Shown: positions 11,285-23,200 of the stretch, piece by piece
How the letters are laid out: every line of letters starts with the position of its first letter
How positions within the stretch are numbered: position 1 is the first letter of the stretch
DNA from: Utricularia gibba
Taxonomy: Eukaryota > Plantae > Magnoliophyta
Reading direction: 5' to 3'
Assembly (NCBI GenBank): GCA_002189035.1
Contig: NEEC01000020.1
Coordinates: 682,001-746,000, forward strand
Length of the DNA: 64,000 bases
Program-made: the position numbers and the translations under genes
Notes under the pieces: generated by a model
Database searches by the model: none
What the model saw: the letters and a program-made list of their open reading frames with translations, nothing else
Told to the model about the DNA's origin: nothing

Positions 11285-14200
11285 ATGGCGCCGGCGACTG
11301 CTGCGCCGATTCTACAACTCACCAAATTTACAATTCCGACGAAATCGAAGCCGTCTCAACCGCCGTTGTTGATAAAGAACTCGTTTAGCAATTCCTGTTC
11401 TGATGTTGCGAGCTATTCTTCAGCTAATCCTTCTGACTTCATCCGCTTGCATTTGTTTTCCAAGTGTTGTACGCCACATGCTCACGTTACAAGAGTTTCC
11501 ACTGTGCCGGTGGGACAAGTGTCGGCTGCGCCGGAATTGGAAATTGAGGAGGAAGTGACTAGGCTAACAGTGCTCAGAGAATCGTTGGCTAGTTGCTGGA
11601 ACGTGGAAGAGAAGTTGATAATCCTAGATTCTGATCACATGGTTTCTTCGTTTTTCAGACTACGGGGTAATTTTTTCAAGGGGGTGGATTTAAGTAATTA
11701 TGAAGTGTATTTGCTGAAATGTATGATCTCCGCGGGGCAACAGCACGTTTTTGGGGAGTTCTGGGGTGATTTGGATGGGGTACAGGTTGATTCAGGGAGT
11801 GCTATAAAAAGTGCGCTATATGCTTTGGCTTCGATGATTGAAAACTGGGATTCAAAAGATGTTAATGGAGGTGGATATTTCAATGCGGAGGATAAAGCTG
11901 CGTTAGAGGTGCTTTTAAGGATACTGGGAGATATGGAACGCTTTTATGACTGCATTGGTGGAATTATAGGGTTGGTACTTGTGAAACTATTTTGATTTTT
12001 TTTTTTTCATTTTCACTTGGCAGTGTTCGGATATCATTTTATCCTTCACAGATGATCATCTTAATCTTGTTTCTGTTGACAGATATCAAATTATGGTGTT
12101 AAAGCTTCTTTCTGAGTCTACAGCCGAAGGGAAAACCACTAATGGACAGGTGAAAACAATGGAATCAGTTAAGTGTGAGCTCTTGGAAATTCATCCTCCC
12201 TCTGTTGTCAATCTCGCTGAAGATACTGAGTATGCATCACAGGCTGCCCTTTGGGGAATTGAGGTTAGAACAAGAACTTCTTTTCTCAGTAGCTTGCAAC
12301 TCCTAACAGTGTCTAGGGATTCTCACTCTTTTTCAGGGTTTGCCTGAATTAGCAGAAATTTATCCTCTTGGCGGGTCTGCAGACAGGCTTAGCCTTGTTG
12401 ACCCTGATACAGGAGAATGCCTTCCGGCTGCTGTGCTTCCATACTGCGGGCGAAGTCTATTAGAAGGACTTATAAGGGATCTTCAGGTATTTGAAATTTA
12501 CTTACCTATATTCAAATATTTCTTTAACTATTGAAAATGATGAGAGGATGTAACAATGAAGGCTAGGGAGTTCTTGTACTTCAAATTGTTTGGGAAACAA
12601 TGCATCACTCCTGTCGCGATTATGACAAGCTCTGCAAAGAAAAACCATGAACACATTAGCTCTCTCTGTATTAAGAGTAGGTGGTTCGGAAGAGGGCAAT
12701 CAAACTTCAAGTTATTTGAGCAGGTTGATCCCTTTTTTTTTTTACGTTTTGCATTGCTTCACGCATGTATCATTCTTCTAACCTTCTGTTGCTGCTAGCC
12801 TCTTGTTCCAGCTGTCAGCACCAAAGATGGTCGCTGGATTGTATCAAGACCATTGGCACCTGTATGCAAGCCAGGGGGTCATGGCGTGATATGGAAACTG
12901 GCCCATGATAAGGGGGTTTTTAAATGGCTCCGAAGTCAAGGAAGAAAAGGAGCTACTGTCAGACAAATCAGGTCAGCTTCAAATGTTTCAGGATCTAGAC
13001 ACGTGAATATGATCTAGAACTCCAATGTTATAGGGTCTTCTGCTTTTGCCAAAAAAAAAAAAAAGGCTAATAAGTAAATAAACACTCTTAAAAACTTTGA
13101 TCTGAACTTACTGATACTGTGGTGACAGCAATGTTGTAGCTGCTACAGATTTAACACTAATGGCATTGGCTGGAATTGGTTTACGCAATGGAAAGGCAAG
13201 GGCATGCATGTTTAATATCACTAACTGTTAAATGGTTGATATGCAACCTCATGGTGCTTGGTCTATATGTTTCAATCATGTGTTTTTTTGTCCAACACTA
13301 GATCTTATTAAGTGATGAGCGAAATTTCATTTCCCTGAGGCTTTCTAGTGTGCTTTAATTACTTGGTAGAAATATGCTATATACTTTGTCTTTCATCGGG
13401 ATCAAGTTTATTTGCTCTATTTCTTCAGAAACTTGGCTTTGCTTCATGTAAAAGAAGTTTTGGGGCAACTGAAGGCATCAACGTCTTACTTGAGAAGAGG
13501 CTTTTAGATGGGAAATGGTCATACGGTTTGACCTGTATAGAATACACTGAATTTGACAAGTTTGGGATCGTTGGTCAGCAGCCCCTTTCTGCCAACAGGT
13601 CTTTTTCTTACTGGTGCTGCTCTTCATTTTTTTTTCTAAAATTTTTAATTTTTCTTTTGTTAACAGAGGAGCTCGTGACTAATTGTCTAAATATTCAGCG
13701 ATTAAACCAAAAGTGAATAGATGTTGTGAATGACATATCTCTGGAACATTTATGAGAAAACAATCTTAGTTTTACATCATTTTGTTGTCTACAAACATTT
13801 ACTCTCTTGATAAAAACATACTCTATAAGTTATTTTGATTCTCTTGCATATGTAACCTTCCATAACCCACATAGTTTCTGTAAATACATCATAACCTGCA
13901 TATGTTTCCTTTCAGAAGTTTGCAGGCAGATTTTCCTGCAAATACAAATATTCTCTATGTGGATTTACCATCTGCTGAACTGGTGGCTTCAAGTAATAGT
14001 GCGGCATGTTTGCCAGGAATGGTGCTTAACAAGAAAAAAACTATCGCATACATTGATGAATTTGGAATAACACACAGGTGCAATCTCATGCCAAAGTTTT
14101 TAGTGGTAGAATATCCTCCAGATTCTTGTTCTAATCAATAATCCATAAACATTTCTCTTTTGGGTGGTATTTCACATGCACACTTTTGCTTGATTTTTTT

Positions 14201-16360
14201 GACATTTAGGATGTGTTGTGGCAACCTTGTAGTTTCCCAAATTTTTTATGTGGATGTTCGGTGATCGTATTTCTTTACTTCTCACCAATAACTTCTAACT
14301 GCTATAGCAAAGAACACGCACATTCTTCATTTTCTTAATTTTCTGCCCTTAAATCAGCGTTTCAGGAGGCCGTCTGGAATGTACAATGCAAAATATTGCT
14401 GATAACTTTTCCAACACATTTTCATCCCGGTGCTATGAAGGTGTCGAAGGTCTAGAGTACTCTCTTTTTTTCTTTTCTTTTCTTTTTTGAATTCCAAATT
14501 GCCTCTTTGGTAGTCTGTCTTCTAACACCGTTAGCTCATGTTGTGGTGCAGCTGCAGATGGTCTGGATACGTTTATTGTTTATAACAAAAGAAGAAAAGT
14601 TACATCTTCGGCTAAGCGGAAACCAAAACATGGTAGCACATCTCTGCACCAGGTTCATGCAAGACTCATACTCATGCTGCTTTCTTGAGTGGCACCATAT
14701 TCTCATATGACATTTGCTGCAGACTCCAAATGGATCACTTTTGGACATCATTCGAAATGCTTATGATTTGCTTTCCCAATGTGGGATATCGATCCCAAAG
14801 GTACATTCGAACCTACTCTCGGAACAATCTCGTTTTGAACAGTCAGTTAAGCACGGTTTGAGCCAGTGATGCTGTTCTATCAATTACCACATACCTCCAT
14901 ATTTACCAGCTACAAGGAGAATGTTTGTCTCTCATTGTGCTAATGAATTGGCTCTACACTTTCAGGTTGGAGGTAACGAAGAGTACATCGATTCAGCTCC
15001 GCCGTATCTCATCCTTCTCCATCCAGCTCTTGGTCCTCTTTGGGAAGTCACCAGACATAAGGTACAAAGAAAAATTCAGGGACACCAACTCCACAGCCAT
15101 CTCTTATGCAGTGAAGGCTTTTACCACTATGAGGAAACACCTATTGATGTTGCATTATCCTTTGTCATGCCAGTTTACCGGTGGCGCCATCGCAGGCGGT
15201 TCCGAGCTGCAAATCGAAGTTGCAGAGTTCCTGTGGAGGAACGTAGAGGTAGTATATAACTGATAGCATTGCATGAAGACTGCTACTCCTAGTAGATTTA
15301 CCTCGTTTTTGCCTGCAGCTTGATGGAAGTCTGATCATCTTGGCTGAGAATGCTGTGGGCTCTATGCAAATCAATGAAAAAGGAGAGCCTGTAATACACT
15401 ATGGAAATCGGTAATCCCTACACTTGACCTCGTTTAAGTATTGCACGAGAATCATTAAAGAAGTAAAATTCAATTGAAATTAAAAATAGCTTTTAATTTT
15501 ATTTAAATAAAATTATTTAGGTACAGGATTTTTTGTTAGAATTAAATTTAAAATATTATTAAAATCATTATATTGGGCTAATCCTTTTAAGGGATATTTT
15601 ATTTGTAATGTTCTATGTAATTGTATTTGAAAATGTATTTAGTTTTACAAATATGTGTTTTTAATATTAACTGTGTTTAATTGATATGTTTACATAATTA
15701 TAATTGAAAATTTTCTTGAAATATATAGTTAAAAAGACTCTTTAAGGTTCTAGTTTTTGGAAAAAAATGATTATAATAAAACAGAATTTAATGTTTCTTA
15801 AAAATAAAAAACATTTTTAAATTAAAAACTCTAGTTTATGATCCAATTGTTCCACGTGTGCAGGTGTGGAAGATGCAGGCTAGAGAACGTGAAGGTGATG
15901 AACGCCGGAGTAGACTGGAAGTGCGGAGACAACGTATACTGGAAACACGATGTTAAAAGATTTGAAGGTCTGAAAGTCATCCTTCATGGGAACGCCGAGT
16001 TTGAAGCCACGGACGTGACATTCCATGTAATAAGTTGGACAACATCTCACCCCGAAGCACCAATGATCAACCACCTAACTCTCACTCTCCCCCTTGCAGG
16101 GGAACTACGTCTTCACCGTCCCGGATGGCCACCGGTTGAGGATAACACCGGGAGCTTCAGGTACTCGGTGGCACGGTTCAGTTTCCTCGGGAACCCAGAT
16201 ATCTTGATCCATCCCGGTGCTTGTTTCAGGTTTTGAGACCCAGTTGAAGCCCATAGAAGAGGAGGCGATGGAGAGGGGAACCTGGCGATGGAACTATAGA
16301 ACACGAGGATCCCACATTGAGCTGGAACTGGTGGAGGAACGTGTACTGGTATACAGCTGA
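11285..16360 (+). CDS. UGP3: UDP-glucose pyrophosphorylase 3, chloroplastic (sulfolipid pathway); multi-exon, includes a GC-AG intron at 13196-13428
   Basis: Transit-peptide-like N-terminus; [62 protein letters not shown], and LHGNAEFEA. Last exon ends [11 protein letters not shown] at 16360. Confidence 0.95.
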
Positions 16361-16537
16361 AGAATCACTTCGGCATGGTGAGACTGCAACAGGTGAATCC
16401 ATGTTCACCTTGTGAAACGCAGAAAGGTAACATAATGTATCATCGTGATCTGTCATACTGAGGCTGCTGCAGGTGAATCCATGTTCACATGTGAATGCAA
16501 CTGCAAGGAAATGTAATGTAATTATACATACAACGTT

Positions 16538-17455
16538 TCAATGTATGTTTCTAACCTGGCAGTTGTGTTGGAAGGCGGCTGGGGTAGAGTTGAAACTGCT
16601 GTCTGGGGTTTTTGATCTGCGCCGGAGTGTTTGAAACAGCTTGGAGCTCAATGTGTTGTCCCTTGCGGCGGATATGTTGAGGAACTCTATGGCCAGTTGG
16701 TGATGGCCGCAAGAAAGGAGCTGGTTGATTATGTGGGTGTAAGTGGAGAGCAAGGGCTTGACGCCGTCCTCCAATGCGCGTCTGATGACGGCGATGGCGG
16801 CATCGACATTCCCAGCCCTACAGGATCCGAGTACCAGCGCGTCGTACGTTACGGCGTCTGCGGGGATCCCTTGCTCCTCCATTTTCCTCAGCGTCTCCGC
16901 CGCGGAATCGACGTCGCCGGTGCGACAGTAGGCCATGAGGATGTGATTGAACGACACCAGATCGGGCTTCACATTTTGCTCACGCATCACGTCCACCACG
17001 CGCCACGCGGTTGACATCTCTCTCATCCTCGTCGCAGCGACGATAATCGGGTGAAACGTTTTCGCTGTGACGCCGACGGTCCTCATCGACATCTTTTCCA
17101 CCACTCTCAACGCATCCGTTATGCGGTTCAATCTGCAGAGCTCTGCGACCAGCGCATCGTGCGCGTGCTTCCTCGGGAACCAACCGTCGATCTCGCTGAG
17201 TATCTGCAAGAGATCGTCGAGCGCCGGGAGGTTGGTAGCAATGAAGTTGAAAGTATTTCTGGTGGTGAAGACTTCATTTTTCACACTCTCGCTGAGCAGA
17301 TCTCGCACGGCGACAAAGTCTCCCCTGAGTCCTACGGTGTTGATTAGCTTGTCGTACCCTCCCGGCGACCGAATCGCCGCCGTGCTACTAAGAGCCGTGC
17401 CAGGAATCGGGAATTTCCTGATTAGGTATGCTTTTCGGCGTAACCGAGAATACAT
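16538..17455 (-). CDS. P-type pentatricopeptide repeat protein, probably mitochondrial (At2g40240/At3g56030-like), intronless
   Basis: PPR motifs HAHDALVAELCRLNRITDAL, TFHPIIVAATR, SFNHILMAYCRTGDVDSA, and TYDALVLGSCRAGNVDAA. Confidence 0.92.
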   Translation of the reverse strand: MYSRLRRKAYLIRKFPIPGTALSSTAAIRSPGGYDKLINTVGLRGDFVAVRDLLSESVKNEVFTTRNTFNFIATNLPALDDLLQILSEIDGWFPRKHAHDALVAELCRLNRITDALRVVEKMSMRTVGVTAKTFHPIIVAATRMREMSTAWRVVDVMREQNVKPDLVSFNHILMAYCRTGDVDSAAETLRKMEEQGIPADAVTYDALVLGSCRAGNVDAAIAVIRRALEDGVKPLLSTYTHIINQLLSCGHHQLAIEFLNISAARDNTLSSKLFQTLRRRSKTPDSSFNSTPAAFQHNCQVRNIH

Positions 17456-17864
17456 TTCTCATCACCTTCCAGAGACAGACGTCCCAAAAAAACGGCGTGT
17501 CGGGCTTTTACACAGAAGCTCAATTAAAAATAGGCCCATTACTCGTAACCTTCGGCCCGTCAACGCAGCTTCAACTTCCTGCCATACAGACGAGCACTGC
17601 GTTCATCCCGGATTCCGACTAGCCACCACCACCATCTCCGCCGTCGCCGTCGCCATCGCCGGAATTCCTTTTCCTCCAAAGCCTACAATGCCGTTTATAG
17701 CGTTAAGTTACCGGTACTCCCAAGCAACAGACGGGCGAAGACTGCAATTCCTCTGGGCCTTAAGCTCATTAAGAATAACCGAAGCCCAAACAGAGATGGC
17801 CCAATTCCATTCAGGAAGCTTTTAAATTCCTAATATTTTCATTAGAATCCCATTGAGAATAACC

Positions 17865-18158
17865 GACACGGCAATGGACACCCTACAGGTGTCCCTAGTT
17901 CATACGTGATGACGATCTTTGAGAATTCTCAAGTCCCAGCAACCAACTTCATATGCAAAACGAGTGTTGTATGAAGCATACCTAGTCCTGTATGAAGCAT
18001 ACCTAGTCCTGTATGAAGCACTCAGGACACGCCGACGACACGGCAATGGACACATTACAGGTGTTCCTAGTCCATACGTGATGACATGATCTTTGAGAAT
18101 TCTAAGTTCCAGCGGCCAATTTCATAAGCAAAACGAGTGTTGTATGAAGCGCATACCT
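17865..18158. repeat. 172-bp-period tandem duplication containing a 21-bp sub-repeat (2.5 copies, 17968-18020) and dyad elements
   Basis: GACACGGCAATGGACAC at 17865 and 18037; TGTATGAAGCATACCTAGTCC repeated; palindrome TTGAGAATTCTCAA; hairpin GGACACC-CTACA-GGTGTCC. Confidence 0.92.
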
Positions 18159-18207
18159 AATGGATGGTGATCTTCTCACAAGCTTTGGTGATGACCCCCA
18201 TAAGCAA

Positions 18208-19099
18208 TCAGTATTCATTGAAATGGATTGCACCAGACTTCCATACGACGTACGTGGTAGCGAACATCAAGGAGCTGATGAACACGAAGGAGAAGATGAT
18301 GACAGCCACATCCACCCCACCAGGGAAGATGTCTATGGTCCAACCCTGTTTCGGTAACCCACTCCTGTTGCTATCATCCAGTAAATCCGATGGGGCTTGC
18401 GGAAGTCCGGGCCGTGTTTTGCTCTTGTCCGGCTCTTGTAACAACTCCGGCAGCTTGTTTCCTGATTTTGGCACTGATGGCTTTTGCTCTGTGTACCTGC
18501 TAAGAGATCTGGCAGCCCTAAGCCTCTCCCTTGCTGTCAAAGGTACTCTAGGAGCTGGTTTGGGGGTTGTTCACTGGGAGCAATGATCTCAGAGGAACTG
18601 GGGAATGATTCTTGGTTGGTTTCAGGGTCAGTTTCTCCCGCGAATTTATCCACATCAGTAGCTGACAAACAGTAAAATGGTGATGGCTTCCCTTCTGGAT
18701 ACTTCCTTCTAGTTAGGGACAAGAAGGAATCCAACCTAGAAAACTTGATCAGAGAATCCTTTGGAGTTGTCCTACCGGATCTAGCCTGCAACAAAATGGA
18801 GGCATAACACATAATCACTACACAGAAAAGAGTCTCTAATAAGCTTAACTAGACAAATCGAACACAAAACTAGGGCCTGTAAATTGGGAGAAATCATGCG
18901 TAGTTCCTCAATGCTCTAACAACATACTATCCAGTGTAGGAATTGAATAAAATCCTGTACACATGAAAAGAAATTAATGCAAATCGAAACTCCGAAGACT
19001 GAAATCGTCATTGTCGAGTAACGAGGAAGCACTCAGTAGAAGAAGCAAGATCCTTACGTAGGGATTGAAAGAGAAGGCCGAGTTCAAAGAAAGCGCCAT
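18208..19099 (-). CDS. Conserved plant protein of unknown function, likely plastid-targeted, with a C-terminal TM helix (possibly At3g56010-like by synteny); exons 19099-19058 and 18785-18208, frameshifted at ~18562-18566
   Basis: MALSLNSAFSFNPY|GTAAGG splices in phase 0 to ARSGRTT... The C-terminal RVPLTARERLRAAR...FSFVFISSLMFATTYVVWKSGAIHFNEY* is in the -1 frame; one extra C gives SEQPPKPAPRVPL. Confidence 0.8.
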
Positions 19100-20235
19100 G
19101 GAAACAACGAGAAGTCTGGGTTCAAAGGACGACCATGAAACGCCGGTGAATCACCAGATAGCCGGAGACAGTTTTCAGGCCGCAGTTACCACAGCGACGA
19201 AGCAGTGGACGGTTCTCCGTGTCGGATACCCACCACAAAACTCCTACACCGCCAGGCCATCTCATCTATTATTAATTAATTCTATTTTTGTATATACATT
19301 ATTATTCTCATTAATTTGTATATTATAATAATAAAATATATTCACACTTTCAATTAAGCAATGGAATAGAGAACCCAATGAGGATCTACAATAAACACCT
19401 AGTGAACCTATGCGGCATACCCCCATGCTCGGATACTTAAGGCATGTTATGTAATTTAAAGTTGTTCTTCAGATTTTGTACAATATAATTAATTTTAAAA
19501 TTATGTGAATATAATTAATTTTGAATTGTAAAATTATTTTGTGGAATAATATAAAATTACATTATAAAATGTAATAAAATAAGACATATATGATAAAGTT
19601 TAATATATTATGATATAAATGTATTTTTAAAATAGATAAAAATTGAGTATTGTAATTTTTTAATTAATTTATTATTAAATCTTTTGGAATAAAGATTTAA
19701 TAAATTCAATAATTATTGTAAAATCTAAATTTCTAATTTTAATACAAAAAGGATTAAATATTAAAATTTTCAAAAACAAAATCGTATTATTTAATTATGA
19801 AAACAGCACACTTGTTGATAACCAAGTGCAATGACCAATTATCGGATCTGAGCCCGACTCCTATCTCTCTACAAGAGCGTTGATGACCAATGAACCGTTG
19901 TGAAACAACCACGCGAGTGAGCCAGATGAAAAAGAGGAAGAAGGTCTGGTACTGTTCCCTGTGATATAATAGATTACAAAATCGCGGCGTACCCGTGAAA
20001 GCAAAGAATATTATTACAAACAAAATAAAAAGAAGGAAAACAACCAGTGACTATAGACACCCCACAAAACCCAAGCCAGTCTAGTTTTTTTCTTTTCCTA
20101 CTTTGGGCCCCCATCGATGCGATGCGCAGGAAGAAAGAGGACGACAGAAGACGCAAGCATGAACCAGATACGAGTACACACATTCAGGGCAAGTCCAAGC
20201 TACAAAAATCACCCAGCGCCGGAGACGGACATTCC

Positions 20236-23200
20236 TCAGTAGGGAGCCATGGGCGGCATGCCGAAAGGCGGCATTCCCATGCCGCCCATCGGAGGAGGGA
20301 CGGCGAAGCCGCCGCCCATGCCGGGAATTGGTGGTGCGGGGAGGGGGGGGAGTAACTGGGCGTACATGTTCTGCACCAGGAGATAAGAGGGTCAAGACAT
20401 AAAGAACAGATAGGAAGGTATTAGCTTTGTTCAGATACCTGCTGCTTCATAATGTCTTTTTCTTCGGACTCCTTGGCCTTCACTTCGTTCGCAGCCTCGA
20501 TCTGGTATTTTATAAGCTCATCAACTTTTCCAGTGTATTCTCGAATGAACTGAGGAGAGGCAATTTGGTAGGTGAGATCGAAATCGAAACAATAAATGCG
20601 AATAACCGAGAAATGATGATCACCTGTAGGATGTATGGGAATGCAAAGTCTATCATGTTGTTCATCCAGGCAAGTTCAAGTGCCACATCTGCCCGAATTA
20701 AATCATAGCAAACAAATAGGCATGACGCGAAGCATTCCTTCTTGCCCTACACGAGGAGGATGCATAATCAAACTTCCGATGCTGCGACAGCTCATAATAA
20801 TTGAAACAGTTGCAGGGTCGCCTCTTTTACCTGTTCGATGAAATAAGCAAGCAACTCCTCGGCAAGTTCACGATCACCAGACTGTGAAGCTGTTTCCATA
20901 GCATCCTTGTACAGATTGTCTTTCTTTGACAAGGCAATGGATTGCTTCCATCTCCCGGCTTTTTTGTAAATGTAAGCCGCAACACGTCTCATCTCAATCA
21001 ACTCATGTTTCTCAATCTGTTGAGACAAGAAGCAAGCATACACCCCATGAGGATTCATATAATGGTGAAGCACTGGAAAAATGGGCAGAATAAATCACCT
21101 TCTGCGCTAGACCAATCTGATCAAAGTTATCGTGCAAATCAATTGATTCTCGTAGCCTATCGTAATCCTCCTCTTCAACATATATCTCATTGAGTGCTTC
21201 ATTAACAGCTGAAACATTATTACTCTGAACAGCAACCATGTACGGCTTAATGAGTCGCAGATGACCGGCCTAGGACAACAGCACAAAAGGTTATTCACAG
21301 GGCTGATACACTGAGCCGAAAAATTGCATAACAAAAAGAAGAAAGAGTCTCGAAGGCTAATCACAAACCTTTCTCATTATGTCAACAACACGCGTGTGAT
21401 CCAAACGGAGAGCAAGGACGTTCAGAACATCATTGATGATATCTGGATGTTCTTGCAAATAGAAGTGCACGGCCTTGTAATACAACTCCACATTGGCAAC
21501 TTTGACAATGATGTCCTTAAATTGCATGTGATCCCAAGCTTCAGGAGAATGATTCATGACAGTTGTGGCAGCGTTGTCAAACTCATCATACTGGATGTAC
21601 AAATATGTTAACTCTTGCCAGTGCTGCTGCTCATCACAGGCTCTGATCAACTTAGGAATATTAAGTCGAGTTGCGAATAATTTGATGTGCTCCATAAGCT
21701 TCTCATGGCGGTATCTAGCATAAAGAACACCTAATTCTGTAAATATTCCCATATGTGCTCGTTCCAGTCCCAAACCACTCTCCATCAGTGATATAAGCTC
21801 GTTGAAGCATCCTCTGTTTTGATAGTACTCACTGACCTCTTCCAGGTCATCAACCTAAAACAAAATGTCAAAAGATGTAACACATAATTAGAACCGTGAC
21901 CCAAAACACAACGAAACATATGAACCTAAGTTTTATTTGGGTACAATACCTGTACAATGATGTTAAGACCACAAATCTGAGCCAAGCGAAATTCTTCAGC
22001 ATCAACACATGCAAAGCAGACCTCCTTCCATGTTTTAGCACTGTTTGCTTTGCGTGCAGCATCCACTGCACCTTGAAATTGCTTCAACTTAACAAGAGTG
22101 ATAGCCAATTTGCCCCAATTCGATATGAAGGCAAAAATAATCTTGGCTGCTTCATATAAGGCCTCATCATACAAACGATCACCAACACTAGGCAGATTCG
22201 CAACATTTGGCATAAGAATGAACTCTTCAATGTCACCTAATCGTTCGATCTTGGCATAAGCATATATGAGCTCACTGTCGACTTTAGGTTCCTTTGATTT
22301 TTGTCTGACCATGAGAAGATACTTCACAAGATCATGATAGACATCTCCATCTTCTGCAGCTTTGATGACTTCCAGGAACTGAGTTGCATCATCAGCACGA
22401 ATAAATGACTCAATTGCATCACTAATAAGTCCTTCCCTGAGTTGAGCTTTAGCCACCTGGCTCCAAACAGCATCCTCCTCCACTCGAAATGCAAATTCTA
22501 CTGCTCTATTAATGTCCCGAATATTATCCAGCAATACACTAACAGCCTGAACGTTCAAATTAAACTTCTTGAAAATGGCATAACCTTCCTCATACAACTG
22601 AGCTTCCACAGCCACCTCTCCAACAGCTGGACCATCGAAGTTATCAAGCCTGTTAACATAGTCCATGACCCTAGATGGATCGGCCTTAATTGCAGTTAAG
22701 ATGAGTAGATTTTGGAGGTTGAAGTTTCCACTAAAAGCAGAGTTCTGAAGCACAATCTTTTCGAGCAACTCAATAAGTTCATGGGGAAGATCAGCGGTCA
22801 TAAAGGCTTTAACTGCTGCAGAAACTTGCTCGGGGCTTTTGCTTTCTGGCAAAGCAGTGGATACAACTTGATCAATAAGCAACCTTCTGAATTCATTTTC
22901 CGGGTCAAGGGCCTTAGCCCACAAATCAGCATCCATTCGTTCAACCACATACCTGAAATGGCAATGACATTATAACCAGAAATAGAACAAAAATATAAAT
23001 GAAAGGTAGAAAATGCACAACTGGTATAACTAACCTGGCTTGAAGCTTGAACAATGAATTTTTATTTGTGACATTGATAAGTTCATCATCACACTGTCCT
23101 CTTCGATATGCAATGACAGCAAGAGTAGGATCCCGCTTCTCACAATATTTACCCACCACACGGGAATCATAATATGGGTTTGTTGTGAGGAAGTGCTCAG

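Noticed and set aside
16631-17825. Several long + strand ORFs (127, 98 and 252 aa)
   Set aside because: Antisense shadows of the PPR gene.
17906-18020. C/D snoRNA (perfect GTGATGA) or CRISPR-like 21-bp repeats
   Set aside because: No CTGA D box at a suitable distance; the 21-mers are head-to-tail with no spacers, in a plant nuclear context.
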